Part shown: positions 44,003 to 61,301 of the stretch, piece after piece
How positions within the stretch are numbered: position 1 is the stretch's first letter
Layout: the number at the start of each line of letters is the position of its first letter
NCBI GenBank assembly: GCA_964016885.1
Contig: OZ024740.1
Span: 392,026,001 to 392,090,000, forward strand
Source: Eledone cirrhosa
Lineage: Eukaryota
DNA length: 64,000 nt
Reading direction: 5' to 3'
The notes under the pieces: model-generated
Database searches by the model: none
What the model was told of the DNA's origin: nothing
The model's input: the letters and a program-made list of their open reading frames with translations, nothing else
Program-made: the position numbers and the translations under genes

Positions 44003-44037
44003 GTTAAAAGAATAGAGGTGTAACACACAAGTTATTA

Positions 44038-44437
44038 TATATTGGTAAACGGAATAGAAAATGCTGACAAATTGTTCACAGTTGAAAAATGGTTTAATTA
44101 GGAATAAAAGAGTATTAGTGATTGTATGGGTTAGTATTCAGTTGTGGTTTTAAGTTTTTAAGTTTATACCGGTTGCGCATTTCTAAATGCTTTTCAAAAA
44201 TAATTTTGAGATAGAGTGTCCGTGCTGTTTGCTCGGATCAGAGCAAACAGCACGGACACTCTATCTCAAAATTATTTTTGAAAAGCATTTAGAAATGCGC
44301 AACCGGTATAAACTTAAAAACTTAAAACCACAACTGAATACTAACCCATACAATCACTAATACTCTTTTATTCCTAATTAAACCATTTTTCAAATGTGAA
44401 CAATTTGTCAGCATTTTCTATTCCGTTTACCAATATA
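44038..44437. repeat. Near-perfect palindrome (~197-bp arms, ~6-nt loop) with a decayed HHR-like motif
   Basis: Centre tttgctc-ggatca-gagcaaa. TTGAAAA GCATT taga AATGC GCAAC CG GTA lies at 44278-44308. Confidence 0.93.
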
Positions 44438-44545
44438 AATATATATATATATATATATATAAATATATATATAATATATATATATATAATATATATATAT
44501 AAGTATATAATATATATAATATATATTATATATATAATATATGAA

Positions 44546-44660
44546 GGCGTGTGGCTGAGTGGTTAGAGAATTGGATTCGCAATCGTAAGGTTGTGAGTTC
44601 GATTCCTGCACCAGGTGATGCGTTATGTCCTTGAGCAAGACACTTTATTTCACGTTGCTC
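44546..44660 (+). mobile_element. tRNA-derived SINE head plus CORE/V-like domain
   Basis: A box TGGCTGAGTGG, B box GAGTTCGATTCC, then GTCCTTGAGCAAGACACTT. Confidence 0.8.
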
Positions 44661-44776
44661 CTTCTACCTGGAGTTGCGACCGATAGATAGTATTAGCAAT
44701 TGGAAAGACCAACGGAAACATTGTTCCCTCGGTCCGATTTGACGAAAGTCGATCGTTCCTATATATATATATAAGT

Positions 44777-45487
44777 ATAGTAGAATAATCGAGTATCGAA
44801 AAATCGGCGCACGAGTTCACGATAAACAAAATTCGATATGAGCGGCAGAGGGCTCAATAATTTAGAAAAATCAGAGCTATAACTATCGTTAAAATACCGT
44901 TACACATAGAACAAGTCTACAATCAACCATACGACCGAAAAATTGCGATCTGGAAGATTCGGGACACTCAGATAAAAAATCAATAAATCAATAAATCAAA
45001 TGAATGTAAAAAGCATACCCGGGCCCGCTAGAAAGATGGTAAATCTAGCTTCTTGGGTTTCTGTAAATCCTTAAACTGTCCTCTATCAGCTCACATAAAA
45101 ATATATAAGACTTCTAGATGCCAGCGGACTGGAATTACTTCCTCAACGAGCTTTTGTCCAAACGAATGAAAAGGCATAACCCAGGTTAAATACGCACATG
45201 GAATTCAGCAAGGGAGATAACCTCTATATCCGCGAAAAATATTCGGGAAAATGTGGAAATACACATATCGAATAAGAGTGCTCAATAGACATGTTAAAAT
45301 AAACAGGAGCTATTCATCATTTAATAGAATCGACAAAAAATGAACAATAAAATTAACTAGTCAATAGCTAGGTCTAGAGCTAAATATAGTAGAATAATCT
45401 AGTATCGAAAAATCGGCGCACGAGTTCACGATAAACTAAATTCGATATGAGCGGCAGAGGGCTCAATAATTTAGATAAATCAGAGCT
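44777..45487. mobile_element. TA-embedded 609-bp unit with ~102-bp terminal direct repeat
   Basis: atagtagaataatc.agtatcgaaaaatcggcgcacgag...aatcagagct occurs at 44777 and 45386. Confidence 0.65.
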
Positions 45488-45499
45488 TATATATATAAT

Positions 45500-45552
<53 letters not shown>

Positions 45553-45557
45553 ATATA

Positions 45558-45816
45558 TTTAATTTGGTATCCCTGAAATATGTATATAATGAAATAAATA
45601 TGGTTTTATAAATATAGTTTCCATTTATTTAATATCGTATATCTACTCCAAATACTTGTCGAGTGCTTTATATCAGTTATAAAATATTTACTTGTTGTAT
45701 CCCAGCAATTTTAAATAGAACTTTTGCATATATATATTATATATATATTATATATATAATATATATATAATATATATATAATATATATATAATATATATA
45801 TATATAATATATATAT

Positions 45817-45862
<46 letters not shown>

Positions 45863-46026
45863 TATATATAATATATATATATATATAATATATATATAAT
45901 ATATATATATATATAGTATATAATATATATATATATATATATATAATATATATATAATATATATATATAATATATATATAACATATATATATAATATATA
46001 TATATAATAAATATATATATATATAT

Positions 46027-46058
<32 letters not shown>

Positions 46059-48453
46059 AAATATATATATATATAAATATATATATAATATATATATATA
46101 AATATATATATAAATATATATATAATATATATATGCAAAAGTTCTATTTAAAATTGCTGGGATACAACAAGTAAATATTTTATAACTGATATAAAGCACT
46201 CGACAAGTATTTGGAGTAGATATACGATATTAAATAAATGGAAACTATATTTATAAAACCAAATTAAAATATGCTATGCCTTCATCAGACAAAATACAAT
46301 ATATAAACAGTTTTATAAATAATTTTGACGTACCCTATTTGATGCGACCATTATTTTTGGAAGCTGTCTGGATAGTGAGATGTTTACTTACTCGTCCACC
46401 AAAAATTTAGCACAAAATATTAACAGAATTAATAATAGGAATTTAAAACCTAACCAAAATACCAATAATAACCCAAACAATATTCAATTAATTAACTGTA
46501 ACTGTAGAAATAAATCTAACTGTCCGTTAAATAACAACTGCTTAGCTAAAAATGTAGTGTACAATTGTAATGTTAAAACTAATTTAAATTCTTTCAACTA
46601 TGTTGGTTCCACCTCGACAGAATTTAAACTTCGCTTCAATAATCATAAGAATTCTTTCACAGATCCAAACAAAAAATCCTCAACTTCGCTATCTAGCCTA
46701 CTCTGGCACCTTAAACAAGATAATGTTAAATATTCGATGATTTGGAATATTGTCTCAAAAGGGATTCCTTTTAATTCCTCATCAGAGAGTTGTGATCTTT
46801 GTATAGAAGAAATATTCTTTATATTAAAGTCCAAAAATTCCTTAATTTAAGGAGCAATTTATTCAGTTGCTGCAGACATAGATTGAACTCAACGTTTAAA
46901 TATAAATATAAATTTAAAATGTAGTATAATTAAGTAAGAAATTTAGTTAATATATGAAACCTGACGATAAATCATTAGATTCCTTCACCTTTTTCTTTTT
47001 AAACTTTCTTCCTAAATATAAACAAGGATATAATAAACTACTCTAAAATGTGTATGCTCCCAATGTATTAAATAAAATTTACTTAAGATAAATTTCTATA
47101 CTAAATATAAGGGCATCCGTAGAATCACTGTGTCTTCTAAATCTTTTAAATTATTTTTATTTTTTAATTGTTTTTTACTCTGATAGCTTCTAATAACTTT
47201 CATATGTCTACCCTTGCAATATCTTGTTTGAGATATAGGTAGGATAGATTTCTATAATAAATATATAAAACATATTATTTTAACTTGAGATACTCTATAG
47301 TGTGTTAAAGATATTTAATGCTTTGATATTTCTATATTAATATATTGATATTTGATTATCTCTATACAAAGGCCATTTATGTGTATTAACATGCATATGA
47401 AAGGTTTATAGAGTTTATTTATGTGTTCGTATATATGTCTGTATATATGCATAACGATGCTGGAAAACTCACGCAGATATTTATTTATACATATGTATGT
47501 GTATGTATGGTTGTGTGTGTATATGTTGATGTGTGTTGCAGATATGCATAATATTAAATACATGAACGGTAATCATATATGTGAGGACATGAATATTAAT
47601 TGTATTTTTATGTATATATACTGTGAAATTTTTATAACACAAGAAATGTATAGAAGTGATCAAGTGAAATCATTTGTATGTCTATATTATTGACTGGAGT
47701 AGACATAATTTTCTCTTCTTTCAGGACGTCATATGCGCGTATATATATATACATATGTGTATCCGTATTTTTATAAATAGAGTATTTTTTAAGGTTTTAA
47801 CTCAGATTTTGGTATATTGACCTCAGGGTTTAAACTAAACATATGGTCATTATTGAACAATGTTATTTTCTCATATTATATATCTATGTCCCATTCATGA
47901 ATATTGATAGTTACATTTTTATTATTCATTTCATATGAATTGTTAATTCAACTTAATATGACATGACGTAAAGTTGTCACTATATCCTCCTCTCTCTATA
48001 TAGTACTTCCTCTCTCTTGAGTTTCTCTATCTGTATGATGAATTATATCTCTCTGTTGCTTTCTTTTGTCTTTCTTATTTCTTTCTTTTTTTTCTTTCTT
48101 TTTCATTTCCTCCTATCTATTTATATATATCTTTCTTTTCTGCATACATTCCTTTTCTCTCTCTCCTTCTTTTTCTCTCTCCTTCTCTCTCTCCGTTTTT
48201 TCTTTCTCTCCGTCTTTTTTCTAACTGTGCTTAACACTATAACTAATAAAATAATTATAAACATCTCACTATCCAGACAGCTTCCAAAAATAATGGTCGC
48301 ATCTAATAGGGTACGTCAAAATTATTTATAAAACTGTTTATATATTGTATTTTGTCTGATGAAGGCATACCATATTTTAATTTAGTATCCCTGAAATATG
48401 TATAATGAAATAAATATGGTTTTATAAATATAGTTTCCATTTATTTAATATCG

Positions 48454-48457
<4 letters not shown>
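45558..48457 (+). mobile_element. Hydra-type PLE remnant with direct and inverted pseudo-LTR copies
   Basis: ORF 46380-46850 has CNCRNKSNCPL, VVYNC..YVGST and CDLC. The pLTR at 48305-48457 has an inverted copy at 46134-46338 and a direct copy at 45558-45730. Confidence 0.85.
48352..48404 (+). ncRNA. Hammerhead-like motif in pseudo-LTR, weak stem I
   Basis: CTGATGA AGG...CCT GAAAT AT GTA. Confidence 0.45.
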
Positions 48458-52125
<3,668 letters not shown>

Positions 52126-52299
52126 TATATAAGTATATAATATATATATAATATATATATTTGCATAGGTAAGTATATATTTTTGTAGTGTTGTTGGTGT
52201 TGTGGTCAGCTTATATCTTGCTGCTGCTAACAATTTAGAAGTATCCAGTGTGTGTTTTTTCTTCATCCCTCCTGCCACCATCTCTCATAGTGGTGGTGA

Positions 52300-52461
52300 G
52301 GGGTCTTCCATGTATATGAAGAAATATAAGGCAATAAATGAAGAAAACAGAAAATAAATAAATAATATAATAAAATTATATTATTTATTTATTATATTAT
52401 TTATTTATTTTCTGTTTTCTTCATTTATTGCCTTATATTTCTTCATATACATGGAAGACCT
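52300..52461. repeat. Palindrome abutting the assembly gap
   Basis: ggtcttccatgtatatgaag.../...cttcatatacatggaagacc. Confidence 0.85.
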
Positions 52462-52465
52462 CCCC

Positions 52466-52665
52466 NNNNNNNNNNNNNNNNNNNNNNNNNNNNNNNNNNN
52501 NNNNNNNNNNNNNNNNNNNNNNNNNNNNNNNNNNNNNNNNNNNNNNNNNNNNNNNNNNNNNNNNNNNNNNNNNNNNNNNNNNNNNNNNNNNNNNNNNNNN
52601 NNNNNNNNNNNNNNNNNNNNNNNNNNNNNNNNNNNNNNNNNNNNNNNNNNNNNNNNNNNNNNNNN
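52466..52665. other. Assembly gap (200 N)
   Basis: Run of N. Confidence 1.
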
Positions 52666-52954
52666 ATACTAGTATTTCAGTATACATATGTGGATGTACA
52701 TTTTTAACTTAATTGTTTAAGCGTCAGTTTAATTTCGTTTCGTTATTTGTTTTTATATATATATATTTATATATATATATTTATATATATATATTTATAT
52801 ATTTATATATATATATTTATATATTTATATATATATATTTATATATATATATTTATATATATATATTTATATATATATATTTATATATATATATATTTAT
52901 ATATATATATTTATATTTTATATATTTATATATATATATTTATATATATATATT

Positions 52955-52988
<34 letters not shown>

Positions 52989-53076
52989 TATATATATATA
53001 TATTTATATATATATATTTATATATATATATATTTATATATATATATTTATATATATATATTTATATATATATATT

Positions 53077-53109
<33 letters not shown>

Positions 53110-53121
53110 ATATATATATTT

Positions 53122-53176
<55 letters not shown>

Positions 53177-53205
53177 ATTTTTATATTATATTATATATAT
53201 ATATT

Positions 53206-53944
<739 letters not shown>

Positions 53945-54385
53945 TTATATATACATATACATATATATATATATATCATTGCCACACAGTTATAATATGG
54001 CTAAAAAGAGTGAAACAAATAACAAATTCTCCCATCTGAAAACTATGGTCAAGGGTTATATACTTCAAAACCACAGCAATGGAGTATCATGGAGCGACAT
54101 GGGACACTACCTTTCATGTTACATAATGAAATTTCCATGTCTAACATAAGCCTGCACAAGATGAAAGTGGGTGATTGTATGGTGCTTCCATTGAATCTCA
54201 CTTATGAGGCTTAGGCACAGCCGTTGGCTCAACCATTCTCTTGCCATTTTAACTGTCCCCAGGGATGTCAGCCGTATAGTGGATAAAGATGTCATGCATA
54301 CAACAGTCTTTAACAAAGTGTTTGCTGTTCAATCTACTATTATAATATTTCTAGATAATATGTATGACTGTGGGATATATATATA

Positions 54386-57300
54386 TCATCATCATCATCA
54401 TCATCATCAACGTTTAACGTCCGTGTTCCACGCTTGCATGGGTTTGGACGGGGGTAGTCCCACTTGAGGCAAGAGTGATTGTCTTGCTCGCATAGGACTG
54501 TCTGGCAGGTTTTCTACAGTTGGATGCCCTTTCTAACACCAACCACATTTACAGTGTGGGTCTGGGAGGTTTTTACCGTGTTGCCTACACGGCCACATTA
54601 CAGCGTGGACTGTGTGTTTTTTTGTCGTGACACCTACACGATCTCATTTGTTTCGGCCTGGATGGCGCGGCACCAACATAACTTTACATAGAACGGGGTG
54701 GTGTGGATGGGGTGGGGGTGGTGGCGGGACGGGGTGTATTTTGTTAGAGATGCCTACTGGCAAGGCGGGTCTTCTCTGTTACTGAGTACCGCCAAAGGCC
54801 TCGGTCCAGTGACATTGTCTTGGAGAGGTGTAAGTGTGTGAGGTCGGAGTTTATCAGCTCATCCCAGGTTTTTCTAGGTCTGCCTATTCCGTGGCTACCG
54901 TCTATCTTTATTGCCCTGCACTTTGTTATACAGCTATCGACTTTCATGCGCATCACGTGTCCATACCAACGCAGCCTTCTCTCGAGTAAACAACATCTGA
55001 TCCCTCTTATCTCTAATTTTTTCCTTAGTTCGTTTATGCTTTGCCGTTCACGTATATTACTGTTACACATCCAGCGGAGCATGCAAGCTTCGTTCCTCTC
55101 TAGTCTGCGTATATCCTCTGCACACAATGCCCAGGTCTCACTACCATGCAACATTGCTGTTCGTATGCAGGCATCGTACAACCTGCCTTTCATTTTTAGG
55201 GAGAACCCTTTAGCAGCTAATAGTGGTATAAGCTCTCTGAACTTTTTCCAACCAGTTCTGACTCTAGCTACAGTACTTTCAGAGCACCCTCCCCCACTGC
55301 TGATTTTATCGCCCAGGTAACGGAAGCTGTCCACTATTTCTATAGAACCCTCTGCGCAATTGAAAGAGCTAGTATTTTGTGGGCACTTGCTGCTACTTAT
55401 TGCACCAGAACACCGGCCACATGTAAAATCTATGTTCTTAGTTAGCTTACCTGTGATCCCACTACATCTTTTATGCACCCATACTTTGCATTTAGGAAAT
55501 AAAATGGAGTTTCTACCTACGCCTTTCCTACACACCGAGCATGACCATTTCCCAGAAGGGACCGCCGCCTTGTTTTCTTTCCTACAAACTAGAACTTTGG
55601 TCTTAGCCAGGTTAATTTTAAGTCCTTTTGACTCTAGGCCGTGCTTCCATGTTTGGAATTTCTTCTCTAGCTCGGCCATTGATTCCGCTATGAGTGTCAG
55701 GTCGTCTGCGTATAGGAGTTCCCATGGGCAGCCTGTCTTGAACTCCTCTGTTATAGCCTGAAGGGCAATAATAAATAGTAGGGGGCTGAGAACAGAGCCC
55801 TGATGGACGCCAACTTTTACGCTAAACTCTTCACTATATTCGTTGTTAATTCTAACCTTGCTGACTGTTTCTTTATACATGGCTTGTATAGCCCTCACAA
55901 GCCATTCGTCAACGCCTAGTTTTCTAAGAGCCCACCAGATAATGGAGCGGGGGACTCTGTCGAAGGCTTTCTCCAGGTCGACAAAAGCTAAGTAGAGGGG
56001 TTTACCTTTAGCTAGGTACTTCTCCTGTAGTTGTCGTACTATGAAAAGAGCGTCTGTGGTGCTTTTGCCTGACACAAACCCGAACTGCATTTCATCTAGG
56101 TCAATTCTCTCTCTGATTAGTTGCGCTATTACTTTTTCCGTGACCTTCATGACCTGGTCGATTAATTTAATGCCTCTATAGTTACTCCTATCTAGGGCGT
56201 CTCCTTTACCCTTATAACAGTTAACGATGATGCTGCTATGCCAGTCCTTCGGAACAACCCCATTCTGTACGACTTGGTTAACTATGTGGGTGACCATGGT
56301 GTGTCCCACCGTGCCAGATGCCTTCAGCATCTCAGCAACTATTTCCGAAGGCCCAGCCGCCTTACCCGTCTTCATATCCTTGATTGCCTTACTTATTATA
56401 CTCCCCTCGACTAACACTGCTGGTCCCTCTATTGGGTCGATATGGGGGAGACTGTCTTTCTCCCATTTATTCTCCTCATTTAGTAGCCTTTCATAGTGAC
56501 ACTTCCAAGCTACCTTCTTATCAGTGTCGGTGATGGCAAGTATGCCATCATCGTTAAGTACACACTTCTCCCTGACAATATCACGGTTTTCCTTGACGCA
56601 TTGCCTAGCAATCCTGAACACCTCACGTTTTTGGTCATCGCGTTGTAGAACATGCTTGAACTTTCTTTCCTCAGCTTCCCTTCTTGCTAAGTACACTTCT
56701 CTCCTAGCTTCCCTCCTGGCCACTTGATAGTCTACTCTACTTCCCCCATCCCGCCATACTTTCCAAGCCTGCTTTTTGGCCTTAATTGACCCCTCCACCC
56801 TACTGTTCCACCACCATGTTACTCTCCTCCTGCCTACAGGCCTGCTCCAGCCACAGACTTCGTCTGTCGCCAACAGCAGGTTTGCTTTCAGAAATTCCCA
56901 CTGTCCCTCTATATTGTCCGATTCTAAATGCTCTTCCTTACTGTCGAAAGCATCAAGTAATATGCTTTGAAATTTATTTCTGGCTGTGGGGTCCTTTAGT
57001 TTCCATATTTTCCTCCTGAGGATAGTCCTCTTCTGCTGTCGAGTACGTCTCCTGACTATGAGGTCGCTAATTATCAGTCTATGTTGGGAGGTGCATTCTT
57101 CATGGGGGAGGGATTTAGTGTTTACAACAGACACTCTGTCACGTCTTCTGGTAAGGATATAATCTACCTGGCTTGTGTGTTCCCCGGATCTATAGGTGAT
57201 CAGGTGATTGTCACGTTTTTTGAAGTTAGTGTTACAGATAGTTAGGTTATTTGCATCACAGAATTCCAGGATTCTGGAGCCTTCCTCATTTCTAGTACCA

Positions 57301-58497
57301 AACCCATAGCCTCCATGGATTTCGTCGTAGCCGTCACAATGTTGTCCAACGTGACCATTTAGGTCGCCTGCAATAATTATATAGTCACTGTCAGATATTT
57401 GGGAGGTAGTTAGCAACAGTGTCTCATAGAATCTGTCTTTTATAGTGCCGGGCAGTCCGGATTGGGGTGCGTACGCAGATATTACTGTCACCGTAGTTCT
57501 ATTGAGGACAAGTCGTATTTTAATTATTCTGTCGTTCACTCTATTTACGTCTATTATCTTATCTGCCCACTTTTCTGCTACCATGATTCCTACTCCACCC
57601 AGCCCATCGTCGTTTCCCACCCAGAAAAGCTTATAACATCGTTTTTTACCCTCAATGAATCTAGCAGACCCACCCCTCCACCTGGTCTCTTGAATACAAC
57701 AAACATCGACCTCCTTACGTTCAAGCATTTCTACAACCTCGTTAGCGCGACCCTTTAGGGTGCCTACATTTATGGTACCAACTCTGAAGTTTTGGGTTGC
57801 GCTTGGAGGGTGGGGGCGGTGGGGGGCGGGGGGCGATGGGGTTATGTTAGCCATCCGCGGACGAAACAAAGAGGAGTGCTCGCATTCTCGTCCACGAGGT
57901 GAATTTGACTTTAACTTTGGCATTTTCGCTCTGAGCGTCCAGATTTTTCTCTCCCTTCCACTCTCCAGGATTCCGCAGTCCGTCCATCCATCCATCCATC
58001 CATCATATATCGAAGGCAACCGTGCAAGCGATAGTATAGGCCTCTGGCTTATGATTTGTCCGCGTAATAATAATAATGGTGATGTGGGGGGTGGGGCTCT
58101 GGCTTATAATAATAATGGTGATGCGTGGGGGGGGGGGGGGGGGGGGGGGCTCTGGCTTATGATTGGTCCACGTATTAAGAATGGTGGTGTGTGTGGGGCG
58201 GGTGTGGGGTAGCTAGCTGGAAGGTTATGAATGTTTAACAAGCGATTTAACAAAAAGCAAAACTGCAAGATTTGTTCTGTTCAATACGACAAAAACACCG
58301 TATTTAAACCTTAAATAGATAACAAAAAATACAGATTTCGGATTTTGCGAGATTGGATGTTTGGACTATGTACGAAATTGAGCGTGGAGTAGATAGAGAA
58401 AAATTTGTACTTTACGATTTACATGGGTACACCGTAGTAGGAATAATTGAAGCAGCGATGGATTGGCGAAAGTGAATAAACATGAAGGAGAACTTAT

Positions 58498-58498
<1 letters not shown>
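54386..58498 (-). mobile_element. Apparently full-length RTE LINE with (GAT)n tail in a TA tract (5' end approximate)
   Basis: Intact ORF, 3' UTR 54410-54743, and a tail at 54386-54408. Confidence 0.9.
54744..58019 (-). CDS. RTE LINE polyprotein: AP endonuclease, RT and PHD-like Zn finger (true start may be a downstream ATG)
   Basis: VGTINVGTL, CCIQETRW, GDLNGHVG, QVDYIL, NYRGIKL, VDLEKAFD, GVHQGSVLSPLLF, YADD, CSVC...C..WVHKRC...CGRC, GRPRKTW. No stops in 1091 aa. Confidence 0.96.
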   Translation of the reverse strand: MPSIYDGWMDGWTDCGILESGRERKIWTLRAKMPKLKSNSPRGRECEHSSLFRPRMANITPSPPAPHRPHPPSATQNFRVGTINVGTLKGRANEVVEMLERKEVDVCCIQETRWRGGSARFIEGKKRCYKLFWVGNDDGLGGVGIMVAEKWADKIIDVNRVNDRIIKIRLVLNRTTVTVISAYAPQSGLPGTIKDRFYETLLLTTSQISDSDYIIIAGDLNGHVGQHCDGYDEIHGGYGFGTRNEEGSRILEFCDANNLTICNTNFKKRDNHLITYRSGEHTSQVDYILTRRRDRVSVVNTKSLPHEECTSQHRLIISDLIVRRRTRQQKRTILRRKIWKLKDPTARNKFQSILLDAFDSKEEHLESDNIEGQWEFLKANLLLATDEVCGWSRPVGRRRVTWWWNSRVEGSIKAKKQAWKVWRDGGSRVDYQVARREARREVYLARREAEERKFKHVLQRDDQKREVFRIARQCVKENRDIVREKCVLNDDGILAITDTDKKVAWKCHYERLLNEENKWEKDSLPHIDPIEGPAVLVEGSIISKAIKDMKTGKAAGPSEIVAEMLKASGTVGHTMVTHIVNQVVQNGVVPKDWHSSIIVNCYKGKGDALDRSNYRGIKLIDQVMKVTEKVIAQLIRERIDLDEMQFGFVSGKSTTDALFIVRQLQEKYLAKGKPLYLAFVDLEKAFDRVPRSIIWWALRKLGVDEWLVRAIQAMYKETVSKVRINNEYSEEFSVKVGVHQGSVLSPLLFIIALQAITEEFKTGCPWELLYADDLTLIAESMAELEKKFQTWKHGLESKGLKINLAKTKVLVCRKENKAAVPSGKWSCSVCRKGVGRNSILFPKCKVWVHKRCSGITGKLTKNIDFTCGRCSGAISSSKCPQNTSSFNCAEGSIEIVDSFRYLGDKISSGGGCSESTVARVRTGWKKFRELIPLLAAKGFSLKMKGRLYDACIRTAMLHGSETWALCAEDIRRLERNEACMLRWMCNSNIRERQSINELRKKLEIRGIRCCLLERRLRWYGHVMRMKVDSCITKCRAIKIDGSHGIGRPRKTWDELINSDLTHLHLSKTMSLDRGLWRYSVTEKTRLASRHL

Positions 58499-58576
<78 letters not shown>

Positions 58577-58767
58577 AGCTAAGAGAGAGAGAGAGGGGAA
58601 GGGGAAGAGAGAGAGAGGGGAAAGGGAAGAAAGAGAGAGGGGAAGGGGGAGAGAGATTGTGGCTGACCGCAGCCCCTCGTGGAGTAGCTGGAGGGTGAAG
58701 GGCGTAGAGCGGATTTTTTGACTTTCAAGTAGCATAATATATATATTTAAAGTAATTTATAAGAAGT

Positions 58768-58929
58768 AGAATGGGAAGGGTTTTGTTTTTTGTTTGAGAA
58801 TACGATAGAATTAAGGAATTGGACGATACGATAGAATTAAGAATGGGAAGGATTTTGTTTTTTGTTTGGGGATACGATAGAATTAAAGAATTGGACGATA
58901 CAATAGAATTAAGAATGGGAAGGATTTTG
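58768..58929. repeat. 72-bp minisatellite, about 2.2 copies
   Basis: agaatgggaagg occurs at 58768, 58840 and 58912. Confidence 0.85.
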
Positions 58930-58953
58930 TGTGTGTGTGTGTGTGTGTGTGTT

Positions 58954-59462
<509 letters not shown>

Positions 59463-59819
59463 GTGATATATATAGGGAGAGAGAGAGAGTATGTATTATG
59501 TAAATTTGACTAGCAGTTTGAACAGAAGATATTTTTTTATATTACAGAAGTGATGTAAATATAGATAAATACATCATACTCTTTCCCTTTATCTCCTCTT
59601 TATATGTTTATACTTGTGTGTGTCTGTGTTCCTGCTATATCAAGCATTAGCCTAATATATCCCTTCGATATACTGTACCGATTGTGTTGTTATTTCAGTT
59701 TACCTTTTACATTTATATATATATAATCATTTAATGTCCATTCTTCCCTGCTGGCAATGGTTGAATGAGTCTTTGCAGACCATATCAGTGCACAAGTATT
59801 CCTTACATAGGATCACACA

Positions 59820-60300
59820 CTCTACTGATGGCCTTTTATCATGACACCAGCACTGATAACTCGGGCTTGAAACTTATCTGCATTAATTTGCATATTGTCT
59901 TCAGCCCATTCGTATATGCCATCTAAATCTTGTAAGAGAATAACATCAGCCGATTTCTTGTTTGCCTGTGCTACGTTTGTATCATCAGCACAGCTGTGAA
60001 GAAGGCTGTCCGTATTACAGAAAGCATGTCTGAGAGAGAGTGACCACAAACAGTAGTGGGCTCAAGACAGTTCCCTGATGCATGCTGCTTGTTGTTGGCA
60101 TTTCCTTTGAGAGGGCCCCATTGGCTGCAACAGTCTTTTAAGATGTCCTGAAGCCATTCACCTAGTGTTTGAGCTATGTCAAAGCTACGTAGTTTGTGTA
60201 ATAGTCTATGATCAGCCTTGTCGAAAGCCTTCGCAAAGTTGAAATATATCATATCCTCGTTTAAATGGTTTAGCAACTATTTGAGTATCCAGTCATAATG
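59820..60300 (-). pseudogene. Decayed CR1/L2-type RT
   Basis: DMIYFNFAKAFDKADH, CADDT, QDLDGIYEWAEDNMQINADKFQ. Confidence 0.75.
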
Positions 60301-60571
60301 CTGCAAGAGCTGTGTAAAGCAACTTCTACAGTTAGATATGAACCGAGTCTTGCCTGGTGGCCATGCCGTACCTTGCACACATTGGGACTGCTACTGTATT
60401 CGGGATCTGGGTGGTTGTATTATGAGGGAGGTCTAGCCACACCAGCTTTGTTCATAGCTGGCTCTATGTGGGGCCATTATCAGGAGGACCTGGCCAATTG
60501 GCCGTGCCATATACCGGCCACATCCACATCAGAACCTTAATTTGGGAGCTGGGTTGTCCTACTATGAGGGA

Positions 60572-60617
<46 letters not shown>

Positions 60618-60738
60618 GCACATATATATATCTATATATATCTCTCTATATATATATATTTATATATATATATGCACATATATATATATGTATATATGTA
60701 TATATATATATATATATATGTGTGCATATATATATATA

Positions 60739-61085
60739 TCATCATCATCATCATCATCATTTCATTTTACGTCCGCTTTTTCCCTGCTTGCAAGGGTGGG
60801 ACGGGAACTGATGCTGGCTTGATTTCTACAGCTGGATGCCCTTCCTAACACCAACCTCATTTACAGTGAGTGCTGGGTGCTTTTTTGCCATGGCACCTCC
60901 ACGACCACTTTGTAGTAGAATGATAAGGACCCCAGTCCCTATCATCTCATTTCTACAGCTGAGTAAACTGGAGCAATGTGAAATAAAGTGTCTTGCTCAA
61001 GGAAACAACCCATCACCCGGTCTGAGAATTGAACTCACAACCTTTCGATTGCAAGGCCAATGCTCTAACCACTAAGCCATGTGCC
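60739..61085 (-). mobile_element. RTE-tailed SINE, full copy
   Basis: Reverse complement of 59124-59462 with a (GAT)n tail. Confidence 0.87.
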
Positions 61086-61107
61086 TTACTATATATACAT
61101 ATATAGT

Positions 61108-61252
61108 ACGGCAAAAAAGCACCCAGCACTCACTGTAAATGAGGTTGGTGTTTGGAAGGGGATCCAGCTGTAGAAATCAAGCCAGAATCAGTTCCCGTCT
61201 CACCCTTGCAAGCAGGGAAAAAGCGGATGTAAAATGAAATGATGATGATGAA
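61108..61252 (+). mobile_element. RTE-tailed SINE, 3' fragment
   Basis: Tail only, ending in (ATG)n next to TA. Confidence 0.8.
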
Positions 61253-61254
61253 TG

Positions 61255-61297
<43 letters not shown>

Positions 61298-61301
<4 letters not shown>

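Noticed and set aside
44546-44620. tRNA gene (also at 59124 and 61085)
   Set aside because: A and B boxes continue into SINE bodies, and there is no complete cloverleaf.
52300-52461. Palindrome as a biological cassette
   Set aside because: It directly abuts an assembly gap and has no HHR, so an artefact cannot be excluded.
54200-54350. Minus-strand TSLGTVKMAREWLS resembling an R4/Dong-type LINE C-terminus
   Set aside because: Too short and degenerate to support.
54820-57758. Plus-strand ORFs opposite the RTE
   Set aside because: They are antisense shadows of the real coding frame.
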